A program made the position numbers and the translations under genes. A DNA stretch of 64,000 nt from Guillardia theta CCMP2712 (Eukaryota > Protista > Cryptophyta), in assembly GCF_000315625.1 (NCBI RefSeq), contig NW_005434647.1, positions 176,103 to 240,102 on the forward strand. The letters run 5' to 3'. The notes under the pieces were generated by a model. The model was not told the DNA's origin, made no database searches, and saw nothing but the letters and a program-made list of their open reading frames with translations. This document shows, in pieces, positions 35,120-47,228 of the stretch (within the stretch, counting starts at the first letter, position 1; the number at the start of each line of letters is the position of its first letter).

Positions 35120-38100
35120 ATGATGCAGCTGGAGAAAGTCATTGGAAACACCATCAAGAGTTCCTGTGCGCTCTCAGTGAATGCTGTCACGGGCGAGTTC
35201 GCATACCCTGCAGGGTGTGTTCTGGTGTTCTACAACCCAAGGAAGAACAGGCAGACGCATTACTTCTCCTCCAGCAACAACAAGGCGCTCCAGTGCTCGG
35301 CCTTCTCTGCAGACGGATGCTACGTTGCTGCTGGGGAGAGCGGGCGCCAGCCATCCGTGCATGTATGGGACACGTCGTCGGGGACACACCTGGCAGAGCT
35401 GCAAGGGCACTCGTTCACGGTCAAGGCGATCCAGCTCTCGAGGGATGGGAGGCTGCTGGCATCAGCTGGATCGAGAGGAGACGGGCGGCTGAAGGTGTGG
35501 GAATGGAGGTCTGGAACTCTCATAGCGAACGCAAGGTTCAAGATTGAGATCCACAGCCTCGACTTTAGCTCGAGCGACAACGTGCTGGTCTCAGCGGGCG
35601 CCGAGGGTCACCTCAAGTACTGGGATATCAGGCCCACGACCACGTCCAACTCAAAGGCGCAGGGGATGAAAGGGAGGAAGGCCATCATGGAGGGAGGGCC
35701 GCCGACTGCCGGGGACTTTGTTGAGATTGCGTCTAACCTGACAAGGAATAATGAGCTGATCGTGTACGCCGTGACCTCGGACGGCTTCCTGCTCAGTTTT
35801 GATGCAGACAGGGCAGTAGACAAATGGGTGGACTTGAAGTCGCGCAAGGTGTCTTCGTTGGCCGTGAATGATTCACATGTTGCCTGCGCTTGTTGTGATG
35901 GTCTCGTGAGGCTGTTTCATCCCGAAACACTCGAATACATTGCTACCTTACCACGTCCTCCGCCCTTCCGACCAAAGGACACGGCAGAATCAGCTCGTTC
36001 AAATCCCGTGGAAGCTGTATGGCCAGACACCCTGTCGGTCCGATTGACGAGAGATGGGCAGAGACTTGGGTGTGCTTATTCAGACCGATCGTTGTTTATT
36101 TGGGACCTCAGAGATGCGAAGAAGGTATGCCGTTGCCGTGCCATGTACTCGCATGCCGGCAGTATCTGGGACCTTGAATTTCTCAACAAAGATTCCGCAG
36201 AAAGGTTGGGGTTCGCGCCAGACACGTTCGTTACGTGTTCTTCGGATTCAACCCTTAGACTTTGGTGTCTGCCGCAAGCGCATGCCACAAAGGAACACGG
36301 TTCCAAAGGCCACTCATTGCGAGATCTGCTGGCGGTGGCGGAATGTGATGATAATGCAAATACAAGCAGCACAAACGGAAAGTCTCGAACGGGAGGAGGA
36401 TTGAGATGCGTTCGGATATCCACCGACGGCAGATACGTCGCTTCTGGAGACAAGGCGGGGAATCTCAGAGTGCACAAGATCTCGCCAGACATGGAGATGA
36501 AGGTGTTCTTGGAGGCGCATGACGCTGAAGTTCTGTCTCTCGACTTTGGTGGAATCAATGGGGCACTACTGGCTTCTGGAGGTCGGGACAAGCTCATCCA
36601 TTTGTTTGATGCGGACTCTGATTACGACCTGATTGATACGTTTGAAGATCACACCTCAGCGGTCACTTGTGTTCGATTTGCGGGTAAAGGAAGCAGACTT
36701 GTCAGCTGCGGTGGTGACAAGAAACTGGCATTCAAGTCTATAACACAGACCAGTACCGGAGCGAAAGGCAGGACCAAAATCGATGTGAAGCATGTTGAGC
36801 ATCTCGTGGACAATACAATCTATGACGTTTGCGTGGATCGTACGGGGAAGCTGGCCGTCACAGCAGGTCAGGACAACAGTTTGACCCTATGGGACACCTT
36901 TAGTGGGTCGAGGAAGCGAAGGTACGAGATGGAAGTAGAGTGCACTCTCAGGGTCAGGTTTGACCCCAGTGGACGTTACACGGCAACGACGAGCTCTGAT
37001 AAGGGCATCAGACTCTACGACTTGCAATCGGGAAAGATGCTCTGCAAAGCGTTTGGACACTCTGAGCCAGTGACGGTTGTTGCCTTCTCCCCTTCTTCAC
37101 AACATCTTGTTTCGTGTTCCTGTGACGGCTGTATCTTTGTGTGGAAACTGCCGGATTTCCTTATCAACTCGATCTCTTCACAAGACTTGGAGTCGAAGGA
37201 TCCTTCTTTGCTCCAAGAAAAGTCGGGAAAGTCCTCAAGCGGGCAGCAAGCCAACCAATCAACCGCAAAGAAGCCTGGCATTTCTGATCTCATGAAGATC
37301 CAAGAAGAAAGCAAAAATGATGCTTCTATCAAGAAAGGAGAGTCCGCCGACCTTCTACAAAGACAGAAAGCGATGTTGAGCTCGTTGCTGGCAGAGCAGG
37401 ACCGCCCGGAGAATCGTAGAAGCAACACAACGACGATGGATGCAACTACTTCGAACGGGCAGATCTTTACTTCACCCGAAAATGCACAGAATGCAAAGAT
37501 TACGTCGGTCGACACGGCTCGCAGAATATTGATGAGGGGGTGGAACGAGAGTCCCTCCGAACAGCTGAATGAAAATGTTTCTATCCACACCTCGACAGAT
37601 GATGATGACTTGCAGGTTGAAAACCTTGACGATCCGACGGAAGGAGGGACCGAGAGTGACAGTAAGGCTACGCAAGAAAGCGACGAGGAGGATGATGAAG
37701 ATGTTGTTGGGACCATCGACAATGACGACGACAAGAATGAATTCACTGTTTTGACTTCAGCCGGGGTCCGTCTGAGCCAAGGATATGACATGAAGCACAA
37801 GGACGAAGTCAAGACGTCCATCAAGGAGGAGCGAGACAGCGATGATGACTCGGAGGCCGACAACAAGACAGTAACAGAAGACTCAGTCGTGGATAATCAA
37901 ACCTTCCTGAAAGAAGCTCTGTCGGAAGAGACTGTTGTAATCGACCCAAGAAGCTCCTTGCGTGTGAGCAGGTCCACCAGTCACCTTCTTCACAAACAGA
38001 TCAGAGAAGCACTTGGCAAAGTGGACAATCGAGAGAAGGCACAGGAGACTGGCGAGGAGCAAGAGGACGACTTTGCCTTCCAAACTCCGAGGGAATCCAC

Positions 38101-41100
38101 TCATGATAGCTCAATTCCTCTTGCAACTCCAGAGAGTCGAGATCGATCCAACATTGCAAGGGTAAGAGCAAAACAGATGGGAGAGCCCTAACCTTGATTG
38201 ACAGGAGAAGAACCAAGCGCTGGCCAGAGAGATCGAGAACATGCGTGAGAGACTTAGAGCCATGGGCATGTGTGGAGGATCGTGGAACACGGATCAGGAG
38301 GTGCCGAACCCTACTCCAGCTGTTAGTCAGATCTCTAGTGCCGTCCCAAGCTTAATGTCGAGCCCTGCGAAACCCACACCGAACTCAAAGATCGCAAGTA
38401 CTTCGAGAATGGCTCAGGGAAATCGGAAGCAGGAGCAACATGGAACAAAAGGGGCGTTGGATACGAATGCTATGCCTCCTCCGACCGAAGGACGAAGTGC
38501 TGTGCGCCCAGAACCGAAGGCGGGAGAGGCAATGCCGCCTTCTCAGAGTGCGACAGGCACCATGGCTGAGCAGCAGCTTGAGACAAATAAAGAACCGACA
38601 GCAGAAGGTTCGCCTGGAAAGCTTTCCTTGTTTGCTAAGATGAGGTATGCGGGGACTGTTAAGGCTGCAGAGAGAGCAGATACAGGAATTTCGAGCAGTG
38701 CCAAGGATGTGTACACTGCAGTTGGAGCAGAGGTAAGAAAAATACTGGGAGGTTGGAGGGAGAGGGTCGCCTAATGGGTGTGAGCAGGAGACAAGTCTGG
38801 CGCAAGAGCGGCAGCGACTTCGAGAGGAAGCGAAGAAGAAGGCCGAAGAGAATGTTGAATTGCTCCGGCAAGCAGACGAGCAGGCAAGGAAAGAAAAGTT
38901 CAGGGGGGCGAAGGAGGAAGCAGAAAAGATTCGATTGCGACTGAAAGAGCTCGAGAGCAGGAAGAAGCAGTCGTTGGGCGCCAACATCTCTGATGTCCAG
39001 TTGAATGCGACGAAGGAATCATTAGAGACAACCACGTCGTCTGCAGGAAGCGTGAAAGAGCAAATCCTCCAGGAGAGCTCGTCCCGGCGTCCGGGTCAAA
39101 CTCCGACAGGGACGCAAAGGGAGGGGCCTGAAATGCTCGAGTCTACAAGCAGCTCCATGGGTAGCACCGCTGGTCGCACCCTCAGCAAGGAGGAGCTGCA
39201 AATTGCCGCAGCGCGAGCAGCCGCGAAGAAGTTGGAAGTGGAAGAAGCTAAGAGGTAGGCTGGAGCTGTTTTTGCGGGGAAGAAACTCATAAATTTGTCC
39301 TCCAGAAAGGCGATGGAGGCAGACCAGGCGCTGAGGGAAGCGTATGAAGCCGCCAACCAAGAAAGATTGCAGCGAGAGCAGGAGATGATGATGATAAAGA
39401 ATCAACAAGTCATGTTGACGAAAGAGTCTGATCAGGTTACGGGCACCTTTTTGCTTCTTCTTACCTGATGGCCTTTTAGATGCAGGTTCTCATTGCCAAG
39501 GAAGCTCAAGCGCGGAAACTTGCAGAGCAGAGCGCGAAAGAAGCCCAAGCAAAACTCGAAGAGCTGAGAGCGAAAGAAGAAAATCTTCGTCTAGCCGTCG
39601 AGCAGGTGAAACTGTTTTCACCGTCTGCTACCCTTGAAGTCTCGCTCAGGAAATCGGAGCAAGACGAACTGCAGAGCTCGCCGCTGTCTCTGCCCTTGAG
39701 CAGCTCAAACGCTTGAAGGATTCCAGCACAAGCGTAGCCACAGCGCCTGGGGCAGAAGCAAGGGACGGGGAGAGATTGCAGCCAACTGGAGGGATACAAG
39801 CGCGTGCCCCCGCAGAGAAGGACTCGAGTCATCGACCAGATGGTAAAGAAGCTACAGACGCTGGGCAGATGTTGCAAGTGGGTGTGCTGAGCTGGGCATC
39901 GGAGCTCGGCGTTGAGGTTGTATCTCCTATTACGCTCTCCGAAGGGCCTGCAGGACAGTCTTCCTTCCAACATGCAGGCGGCGACGAATTGTGTCAGCAG
40001 GCTACAGGAGACGAAACCGCCGGAGAGGAGGTTTTGCTAGTGAGCACTCAACACGTCCAGACGGAAAGTGGTCCGGAGGTTTTCGAACGGCCCAGCGGAG
40101 CAGGAGAACTGGAGGATGACTCTGTGGACATTGAGATCTTGGAAGGGAAGGAAGAGGAGGTGAACAGCGAGGGCAAGGGATGGTTGGTGCGTGAGTCGTG
40201 CGAGCATGAGGCGTTGAGCACGGTGATAGAACCGAGTGGGGACGAGGAGATCCCCGAGGAGCTGGATGCGTGCGAAAGCAGCTCTTCCAACTCAGCAGAA
40301 CAGACAGGCGGCGCTGCGCTTGAGAAGAATCAACCAAACCTGGAAGGGCCCTTAGAGAGCCAGGTCACTTTCGAGGAGGGTAAGGATGAGAGCGAGATGA
40401 AGAGCACGGAAGCAGCATCTGGGCAAGGGTTCACTAGCCTTGAGTTTCAGAGCCAGGCAGAATTGCCGACCAAGACCTATACCTACAGCCCAGAAGTACC
40501 TCTGATGCCTGCCAGGCTAGGTGACCCGAATCACCCGCTGAGGAAGCTTGACATGTAGAGCCAATATCTGCCTGTACTCGATGCTGCTGCTGACTTTCTC
40601 ACTGCCAGCGACGCCTCGGACTTCACCTTGAACTCGGTATGACATAGCTTGATGTCTTTCCTCCCATGACAAGTCAATGAATCAACAGGAGATGGATGAG
40701 ACAACGTCCGTCCGAGACCAGACGTGCTCCGCCGTGGATGCAGGAAATCGACTCCGAGCTAGCGTGAACGCCACACTGGACCAGTATAACATAGCTCGGG
40801 CAAGCGGAAGGTTCCCTGCGCTGCTCACAACTTCATACCTTTCCTGACGTGTGGAGTCAGCCGGCAGGCCATGGCCGATGTTATTGCGGCTCTCCGGCAC
40901 TCTCAGCATGTCATCAATCAAGTCCTCGACGCGTACGATAGCGAGGTGCTTCAGCACAGCAGCAGGTTGTGCGAGGAGACACCAGCCAAGGTAGAGAACC
41001 AGGTCAGTCCCACGACAAAAGACGCGAATGAGCAGGTGCCACAATTCGAATCTCTGGTGAGCCAAGGCAGCGTAATGCTTCCTCCTTGAATCTTTCTCAG

Positions 41101-41506
41101 GTGACTCCCCTCCCCGTCTTCAACACGGACGCCTCCCGTGCAGCCCGCAACGTCCCTGCTCTTCCTCTCTACCCATCCCATGCTTTCAGCGTTCCATCTA
41201 GCGGACTGCCTTCTGCGCGTTCAAGCGTCGACTTGGGAGGGAGTGTCAGCCAACGCAGTCAGTTCGGCACCAACTACTCAGCTATCTCGGGTAGTCCTCG
41301 ACTCTAGCTCTCTCGTGTTTCCTCCCTTCCACTTGCTGCTCTCTTCCTCTCCAGCGACTTCTTTTCATCCCTCGCTTACACCTGAGTTCGCAGTTGCTAC
41401 GGACGATCGTTCATCGGTCAACGTAGATCTTGAGAGCGTGCTGGAACGATATTCTGAGCGCCTTCTGATGATGGTTTCCTCTCGGCTATCTTCCACTCCC
41501 AAATAA
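35120..41506 (+). CDS. WDR62: WDR62/MAPKBP1-family WD40 protein; ~3 kb first exon followed by multiple exons
   Basis: LEKVIG, AYPAGCVLV, YVAAGESG, DKWVDLK, TFVTCSSDSTLRLW, ASGDKAGNLRV, EAHDAEVLSL, LASGGRDKLIH, GHSEPVT; family C-terminal helix VLERYSERLLMMVSSRL. Confidence 0.9.
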
Positions 41507-41680
41507 ACGTCTATGTTTTGTTCGAGTTGACCGCCTGTGACGGTACAAATGCAGTCGATAGCACAATGTGTGCCCATCTGCTGTTTCCAGTTAGCCTGTG
41601 TGAATGAATCACTTGATTTATTATTTACAAAAATAATGCGTGTGTAAGGAATGAATAACAATGCGATAAGCAATCAATAA

Positions 41681-41986
41681 TCAATACGCTGGAGTGCAGC
41701 CGGCTTGGAAATTCTCGCTTTCTTCACTGCTGCCGGCCTGAAAGCTTCCCCGGTCGACTCTCATGTAGTCGCATCCTCGCATCCAGTTGAAGATCAAGGC
41801 ATCCGTACTCTCTGGAGAGTCTCGTGCAGACAGCCTCTTCGCCTGTTGTTTCAGGTCCGAGGCAAACACCTCAAGCTCTGTGTTGCTCGGTAGCCATCCC
41901 CCTTCCTCCATTTCCATCTCGAAAGCGAATTCAGATAATGAGCTGCGCGAGCTTTCGTTCCTCGACAACCTGTTGGCAATGCTCAT
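41681..41986 (-). CDS. Small intronless hypothetical protein (101 aa)
   Basis: ATG-initiated ORF with protein-like composition, convergent with WDR62; no recognisable domain. Confidence 0.45.
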   Translation of the reverse strand: MSIANRLSRNESSRSSLSEFAFEMEMEEGGWLPSNTELEVFASDLKQQAKRLSARDSPESTDALIFNWMRGCDYMRVDRGSFQAGSSEESENFQAGCTPAY

Positions 41987-43429
41987 CCTTGCTGTTTGAC
42001 TGAAGCTGATACAGTCTATCGCCTGCTATCGCCTGTATCCACGAGGCGAAGAGAACTCCGTTGGACACCACAAAAATGCTACAGTAGTGGATCCGATTGG
42101 AAGATTTGGAAGCACGATTGTGGAAGAAAAAACAGGACCCGCAACAAAAGAATCACTAGTGTCGACGAGGGAGGGGAGACAGAGGCGGGAGGAGGGAGCA
42201 GAGATGAAGAGGCGGGAGGCGCTGAAGCAAGAGGAGGATGTTGCAGAAGGGCTGCTGTGGCGCACAATTCGAGACTCCGAGCAGCAAGCAAGAAGTTACC
42301 TTAGCTTATGATCACCCCACCCCTCCAGCTCCGTCCACCCCACCCCCTCTGTACTGGTATGCCCCCACATCGTCCCCAGTTGCTCTGTATCTCAGATCAC
42401 AGATCTCCCCCGCATTTCCTCGAAAAAGACTGATTTCACTATTTCCTGGATGAGGCCGTGAGTATCTGGGGCGTAAGATTACATCGATCCGGGAAAGTCC
42501 ATCGTGGTACCACCGGTGGTACCGTAGCAGCTCCGGCACATGCATGGGTCCTCAGATTGGGGCTTGCAGCACCTTGTTTGGCACTTTGGAAGGAAAACAG
42601 TTTACAATTTGTGTATGGGTATAGATAATCGATTCTCTAATTGATCTATTGAATAAAAGTCCACTACCACTGATATGACTACCTGAAATTGGTCTAGCCT
42701 TCGGCATGCATACTGCCACACCGCTTCGGGGTGTAGTGCTAAGACCCTCATCCAGTTCCTCTCGGCGTTGGTACCCCACCAGGAAAACAAGCGATGCGAC
42801 CAGGGGTACTTGGAGACGAGTGAGAGAACTGTGAGAACGTTTCTGGATCGATTCACAGATAACTACCCCACCTGTATAGCTTTTAGACCCACCCCTTTTC
42901 AGCTCTGAAGCCCTCAGGACCCACCCCATTTAATCGGGTTTACTACATATGGGCTCGTGCGGAGATACAACCCATAGACTTCAGGTGTAATCCAGACCAC
43001 CCCACCACAGGAAGTTCACCAAACGTCTACCCACCTTCTGGTATACACACTACCCATGGGGGCTGGGGTAGCCCCCTGGGGTGCAGACCACCAGTCAAAT
43101 CAACTCTCGATGGATCATAAAACTCTCCCCTCGTGCGAGTCCCCCGGTCAACCTATCCATAACCACCGGTGTATTTCCCTCTTGATCGAGGAGAATGGAG
43201 GGGTAAAGTAATCAAGTGGTCAAACCAAAGGTAAGGGTAGAGGGGGTCGTAAAAAGCCTCCTCACGCCTTCTACGTACGCCTCGACCATCCACCGGTTCG
43301 CCCCCCAAACCCCCATCGATTCAAGTCAGTACCCCCTTGAAACACCACCCATTGTTTGATGCGAAAGGCTACCACATTGCGCACCGAGGAGTTGAATTAC
43401 GACCTCCCATTCACCCTTATATCCGCCGG

Positions 43430-43990
43430 TGCCAACAACGGACGTCGGCCAGCCAGTGCGGCCGGGCCGGGGCCGCCATCCCCGGGCCTATGCGACCGCC
43501 CACGGTGACTCGTGACCGGGCCCGCCGCCGGGCCTGCCGCGCCCGGACCCCCTGCGGCATTACAGTGAACGGGCGGCCTGGCATCCGATCGAGCTTTGAA
43601 GCTTGAAGTTCCGAAGTTCCCTGCCCCGGCCGCGGAAGTTCGGGCAGCCAACCGGGCCCGGCGTCATGGCACCGTGCGGCACTGCAAGGCCCGGCGGACT
43701 CACTGGCCGCCGCCGGGCGGCCCGCCGGCGGGCTCACCGTTGCCGCAGTGATACGGCGTACTGACTAGGCTCGAACGTAACCCGGTGGCCATACGGTAGT
43801 ACGTTGAAGTAGCCCGGCCTCCTCACCGGGTCACCGGCGGCGCCGGCCCCCGCTGGCGGCCGCGGCCGCCGGGCCGCGCCGCCGCTCACGGCGCCGGTCA
43901 CCGGGTGCCGCCGCCCCGGCCTGGGGCCACCGGGCGGCCCCCCGGGCGGCGCCGGGCCGGCGCGAACCGTTCCGAGAACACCTGAGGCTG
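43430..43990. repeat. GC-rich palindromic-word island
   Basis: CCGG, GCGGCCGC, GTGACTC, GAAGTTCC and GAACCGTTCC words at very high density. Confidence 0.6.
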
Positions 43991-45013
43991 GCTCACTTGA
44001 TTCCTAGCGGCAGCAAAGTCTTGATAGCATCTTTTTACAGCTTTTCCTCAAGGACAGAACATTGCGACTCGAAAAGCCTCGATGGAGCGATGGTAGGGTT
44101 CATAGTAAATGGTAACTATTTTGGGAAGCAGATGTATCAAGGAGATAACCCAAGCTGACTGTTTCATCGGTAGACTTGATATGCTTTTCTCCCGTAGTGT
44201 GAACGGTATGGATGTGTTGTTCCTCGCTGAACCTGTCCAGTTGGGTGGGGTGGTCCATTGGGGTGGGTACGTTATCGAATAGATGCGTTGTTGGGAGGCC
44301 GCCACGTTTTGTGCAGAACGTCTTCCGTCCCATTCTATAGCACCCAGGACATTATTTTCTTACCCCTCAATTTCTCTTCTAAAATACCCCTTCATGTGGG
44401 TCAAAGGATAACCCCCCACCACTGCACATGACCTCCGTTGAAACCCCTGCAAGGAGAGTGCACTTTACTACTAGTCCCCCACTTGTCAGTAGTTTAGTGG
44501 TAGGGTAGTCATGAACAGTAAACAGGCAGGGTGGGCAATAAAGCATGCTCTTGTCTCATAATGGTTTGGGTGGTAATTCACTACAAAAGAACCGGGTACG
44601 TTTCATTTGAAGGGGTGAAAAAAATCAAGGTAGGGTGGTGACGATTGGGTGGTGCACAAATCGGATTGAATTTGAACCAAGCGAATGTTCTGACCTGGCC
44701 GTTAGCACGAATAACGGGAGAAAAAAAAGATCCTCGTGACCGCAAACTCGCATGCTCTTTCCCGCCCACCTACCTCCCCTCACAAAGCGGCTCTAACCCA
44801 TCGTTGCTTCCATCTCAGCGAGTGAACCCTGCAAAATAACTGGCTTCCTGTTCCCATTTCGTACTCGCATTGTAATTGAGAACTTGCTTTGTTATTCTGT
44901 ACATCCATAGGCAGGCCTTGCACGTTTGTGGATTCCAGAAGGATTAGTACGAGGATCCCATTGACGTTTGAAAGGGTCTGGTCAACAGTTTTGCTGCAGG
45001 ATTTAAATTTATC

Positions 45014-45400
45014 ATGCCTGTCGAAACGTATGGTGGATTCATCAATGATGTGTCGCTTGACAGCGATGTACTTTGCTGGCGCTTTCATTCTGACGTCGTC
45101 GAGTCGGGCAGAATAGATCCTATCTTCTCGCGAACCAAGCAAAAACATTGGAGATCCCATTTTGCAGGCTTATCTAGAAAGAATAATCATTTCATGTGCT
45201 CAGAAAAGCCTATGATCGCAGAGAAGGATGATCCTGATTACAGAAAGGACTTCATTATGGAACCAGCGTCCAATTCAAATAATGATAAGTCCAATTCAAA
45301 TAATGATATTTCCCTGTCGGATATGGCATTCAGCATGGATGTTGGTGATGAAATCATGGAATTTGAAGGATGGACCCTTAGCACCGATCATTATCTATGA
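45014..45400 (+). CDS. Hypothetical protein (128 aa) with an internal SNSNND duplication
   Basis: ATG ORF in an AT-richer region; tandem tccaattcaaataatgata duplication keeps frame. Confidence 0.35.
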   Translation: MPVETYGGFINDVSLDSDVLCWRFHSDVVESGRIDPIFSRTKQKHWRSHFAGLSRKNNHFMCSEKPMIAEKDDPDYRKDFIMEPASNSNNDKSNSNNDISLSDMAFSMDVGDEIMEFEGWTLSTDHYL

Positions 45401-45805
45401 CATGGTTATGAACATTCATATCGACGTTAACTCTAGATATATTTTTTTGTTTGCACGTGCATATCTCTTGCTCAGAATAAAGGTGACAGCTCCCAAAAAA
45501 AATACATGGCACATGCAGTATTATCTGTCGCACAATCATGCGTATGAGCATTATTGATTTCTCCTTCGCGAAAAGAATGCATAGTATTGCAAAATTCACA
45601 GTCATGGCTCGATCTGATTTAGATACCGATCCAAGAAGAACTTGGCCGTTGCACTCATAGGGAGGGACCTGCATTTTGCTTGAGTGACTTTGCTGAGCTG
45701 AATTATGATGCAGAGAATACACACCTCAACACGTGCGACGAACTCCGTGTTTCATCGAGTACACTGTACCACTCGTCACCAGAAACAAGACTGAATTATT
45801 TGGGG

Positions 45806-46450
45806 TTAGATCACCTGAGATGGGAATCTTGCTGTAGCGCATTTAAATTCATCTGTTGCAGAAATTAAAAAAATCGTCAACTTATCTCGAGGTCTTATGC
45901 CACTTACAGTATCATGAAACCCTCCACTTTCCTCTAGAATTTGGATTATAGTTTCAAGCGCTTTGATAGCCTCTCCTCGCCGATGACCCTCAGGAATAGC
46001 GTTGATGAACGATCGGACTTTGCATAGACTTTCTATTGTGTCATCATCAACACTCAACGCCGCACTGTCAAAAGAATTTGAAGTTTTTTCACATTGTTCT
46101 TGAAACGACCCTGATCTGGTTTCATGGAGAGAATCAAGGTGCCGGCAATCAAAGCTGTCATGCAGGGCGTGCTTGTTTTCCACGCAAGATTCACGGGCAC
46201 GCAGAGGCACATCATCGACATTTTCATTAGGTAAATTCGACTCCACGGGGTTGCCTTTCGCACTCGTGCTTTCGTTGGAGCGAGCAGGTCGTTGCAGGAA
46301 ATCCTCCCGGGACATGATCTCATCGACTGTCACTGCCATACTCTCTCGAGCAGTGTTGAATTTTCTGCTCGAGACATTATCACCGTTGGCCCGAACGAAG
46401 CCCTTGCTCTCTCTGGCTGCGTTCGGGCGTGTCTTGAATCGCTCCATCAC
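45806..46450 (-). CDS. Hypothetical protein (large exon of a probably spliced gene)
   Basis: 214-codon open frame with a helical segment IESLCKVRSFINAIPEGHRRGEAIKALETIIQIL; gene ends not resolved. Confidence 0.4.
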   Translation of the reverse strand: MMERFKTRPNAARESKGFVRANGDNVSSRKFNTARESMAVTVDEIMSREDFLQRPARSNESTSAKGNPVESNLPNENVDDVPLRARESCVENKHALHDSFDCRHLDSLHETRSGSFQEQCEKTSNSFDSAALSVDDDTIESLCKVRSFINAIPEGHRRGEAIKALETIIQILEESGGFHDTVSGIRPRDKLTIFLISATDEFKCATARFPSQVI

Positions 46451-46859
46451 AGTCGGCTACCTTTTGGGTGCAAGTGGCTGCCGATAGCGAATCTGTATTT
46501 TGGGATTTCTTCCGAAGAGCTCACAAGGTATCAATTGTCATCTGTCTTTCACTTCTGCAAGCCCAAAGTGGGAGGACCGGTTGCTGCTCGCCAACGTCCG
46601 TACACGCCACTTCCCGCAATGCCGCGATTTTCAAAACAGCCAACACATGTTTACTCAAAGTTAAGTTAAAACATGTTTACTACTTTGGTTTTTACTTGAA
46701 ACATACTGTGACACATCTGAGGCGGGCCGTCAGATCCGATGAGAGCCCGGCCCGCCGCGCGGCGCCGAACTTCGAAGCCCGCGGCCGGGACCGTCCGGCC
46801 CGGCCCGGATGGCGACTGTGGAAGGTGAGCCTCTGACCGGCGCGGCCCGCTATGACTTT

Positions 46860-47013
46860 TTACTCAAAGTTAAGTTAAAAATCAGTACGAGGACAATCAG
46901 GATAGTCGAGGAGGCTTGACCCTGATCGGACACTGTCGCACCGTGACTGGCCAAACGGCGAGAAGAGAAAGACAGCGAGAACCAAACCCAATCCTGCCGA
47001 CTGCTGTCCCCCA
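46860..47013 (+). repeat. Dispersed repeat, copy A (TTACTCAAAGTTAAGTTAAAAATCAGTACGAGGACA...GAGAAGAGAAAGACAGCGAGAACCAA...)
   Basis: Homologous to 57950-58114. Head fragments also occur at 46651-46671, 57008-57043 (-), 12484-12511 (-, degenerate) and 8188-8201. Confidence 0.85.
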
Positions 47014-47228
47014 AACTTATATGACGGTCAGTCCGGCGTCACGGTCCGATCATCAGATGGACCGTCCGGAAGCCCGGCTCACTGCCGTCACCCGGCGGCC
47101 GGGGCCCGGGGATCGGACGCGGTGAAGGCTAGGGGCCTAGGCTCCGCCGGCACTGAGTGACGCAAGGAGGCTGACCGTACTACCTTACTCGGCGCGGCAG
47201 TTGCCAGACCCGCCGCCTGAGTTGCGGC

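Noticed and set aside
41996-42929. Short ORFs upstream of the 41681-41986 gene
   Set aside because: Low-complexity or island-derived; no splice or domain support.
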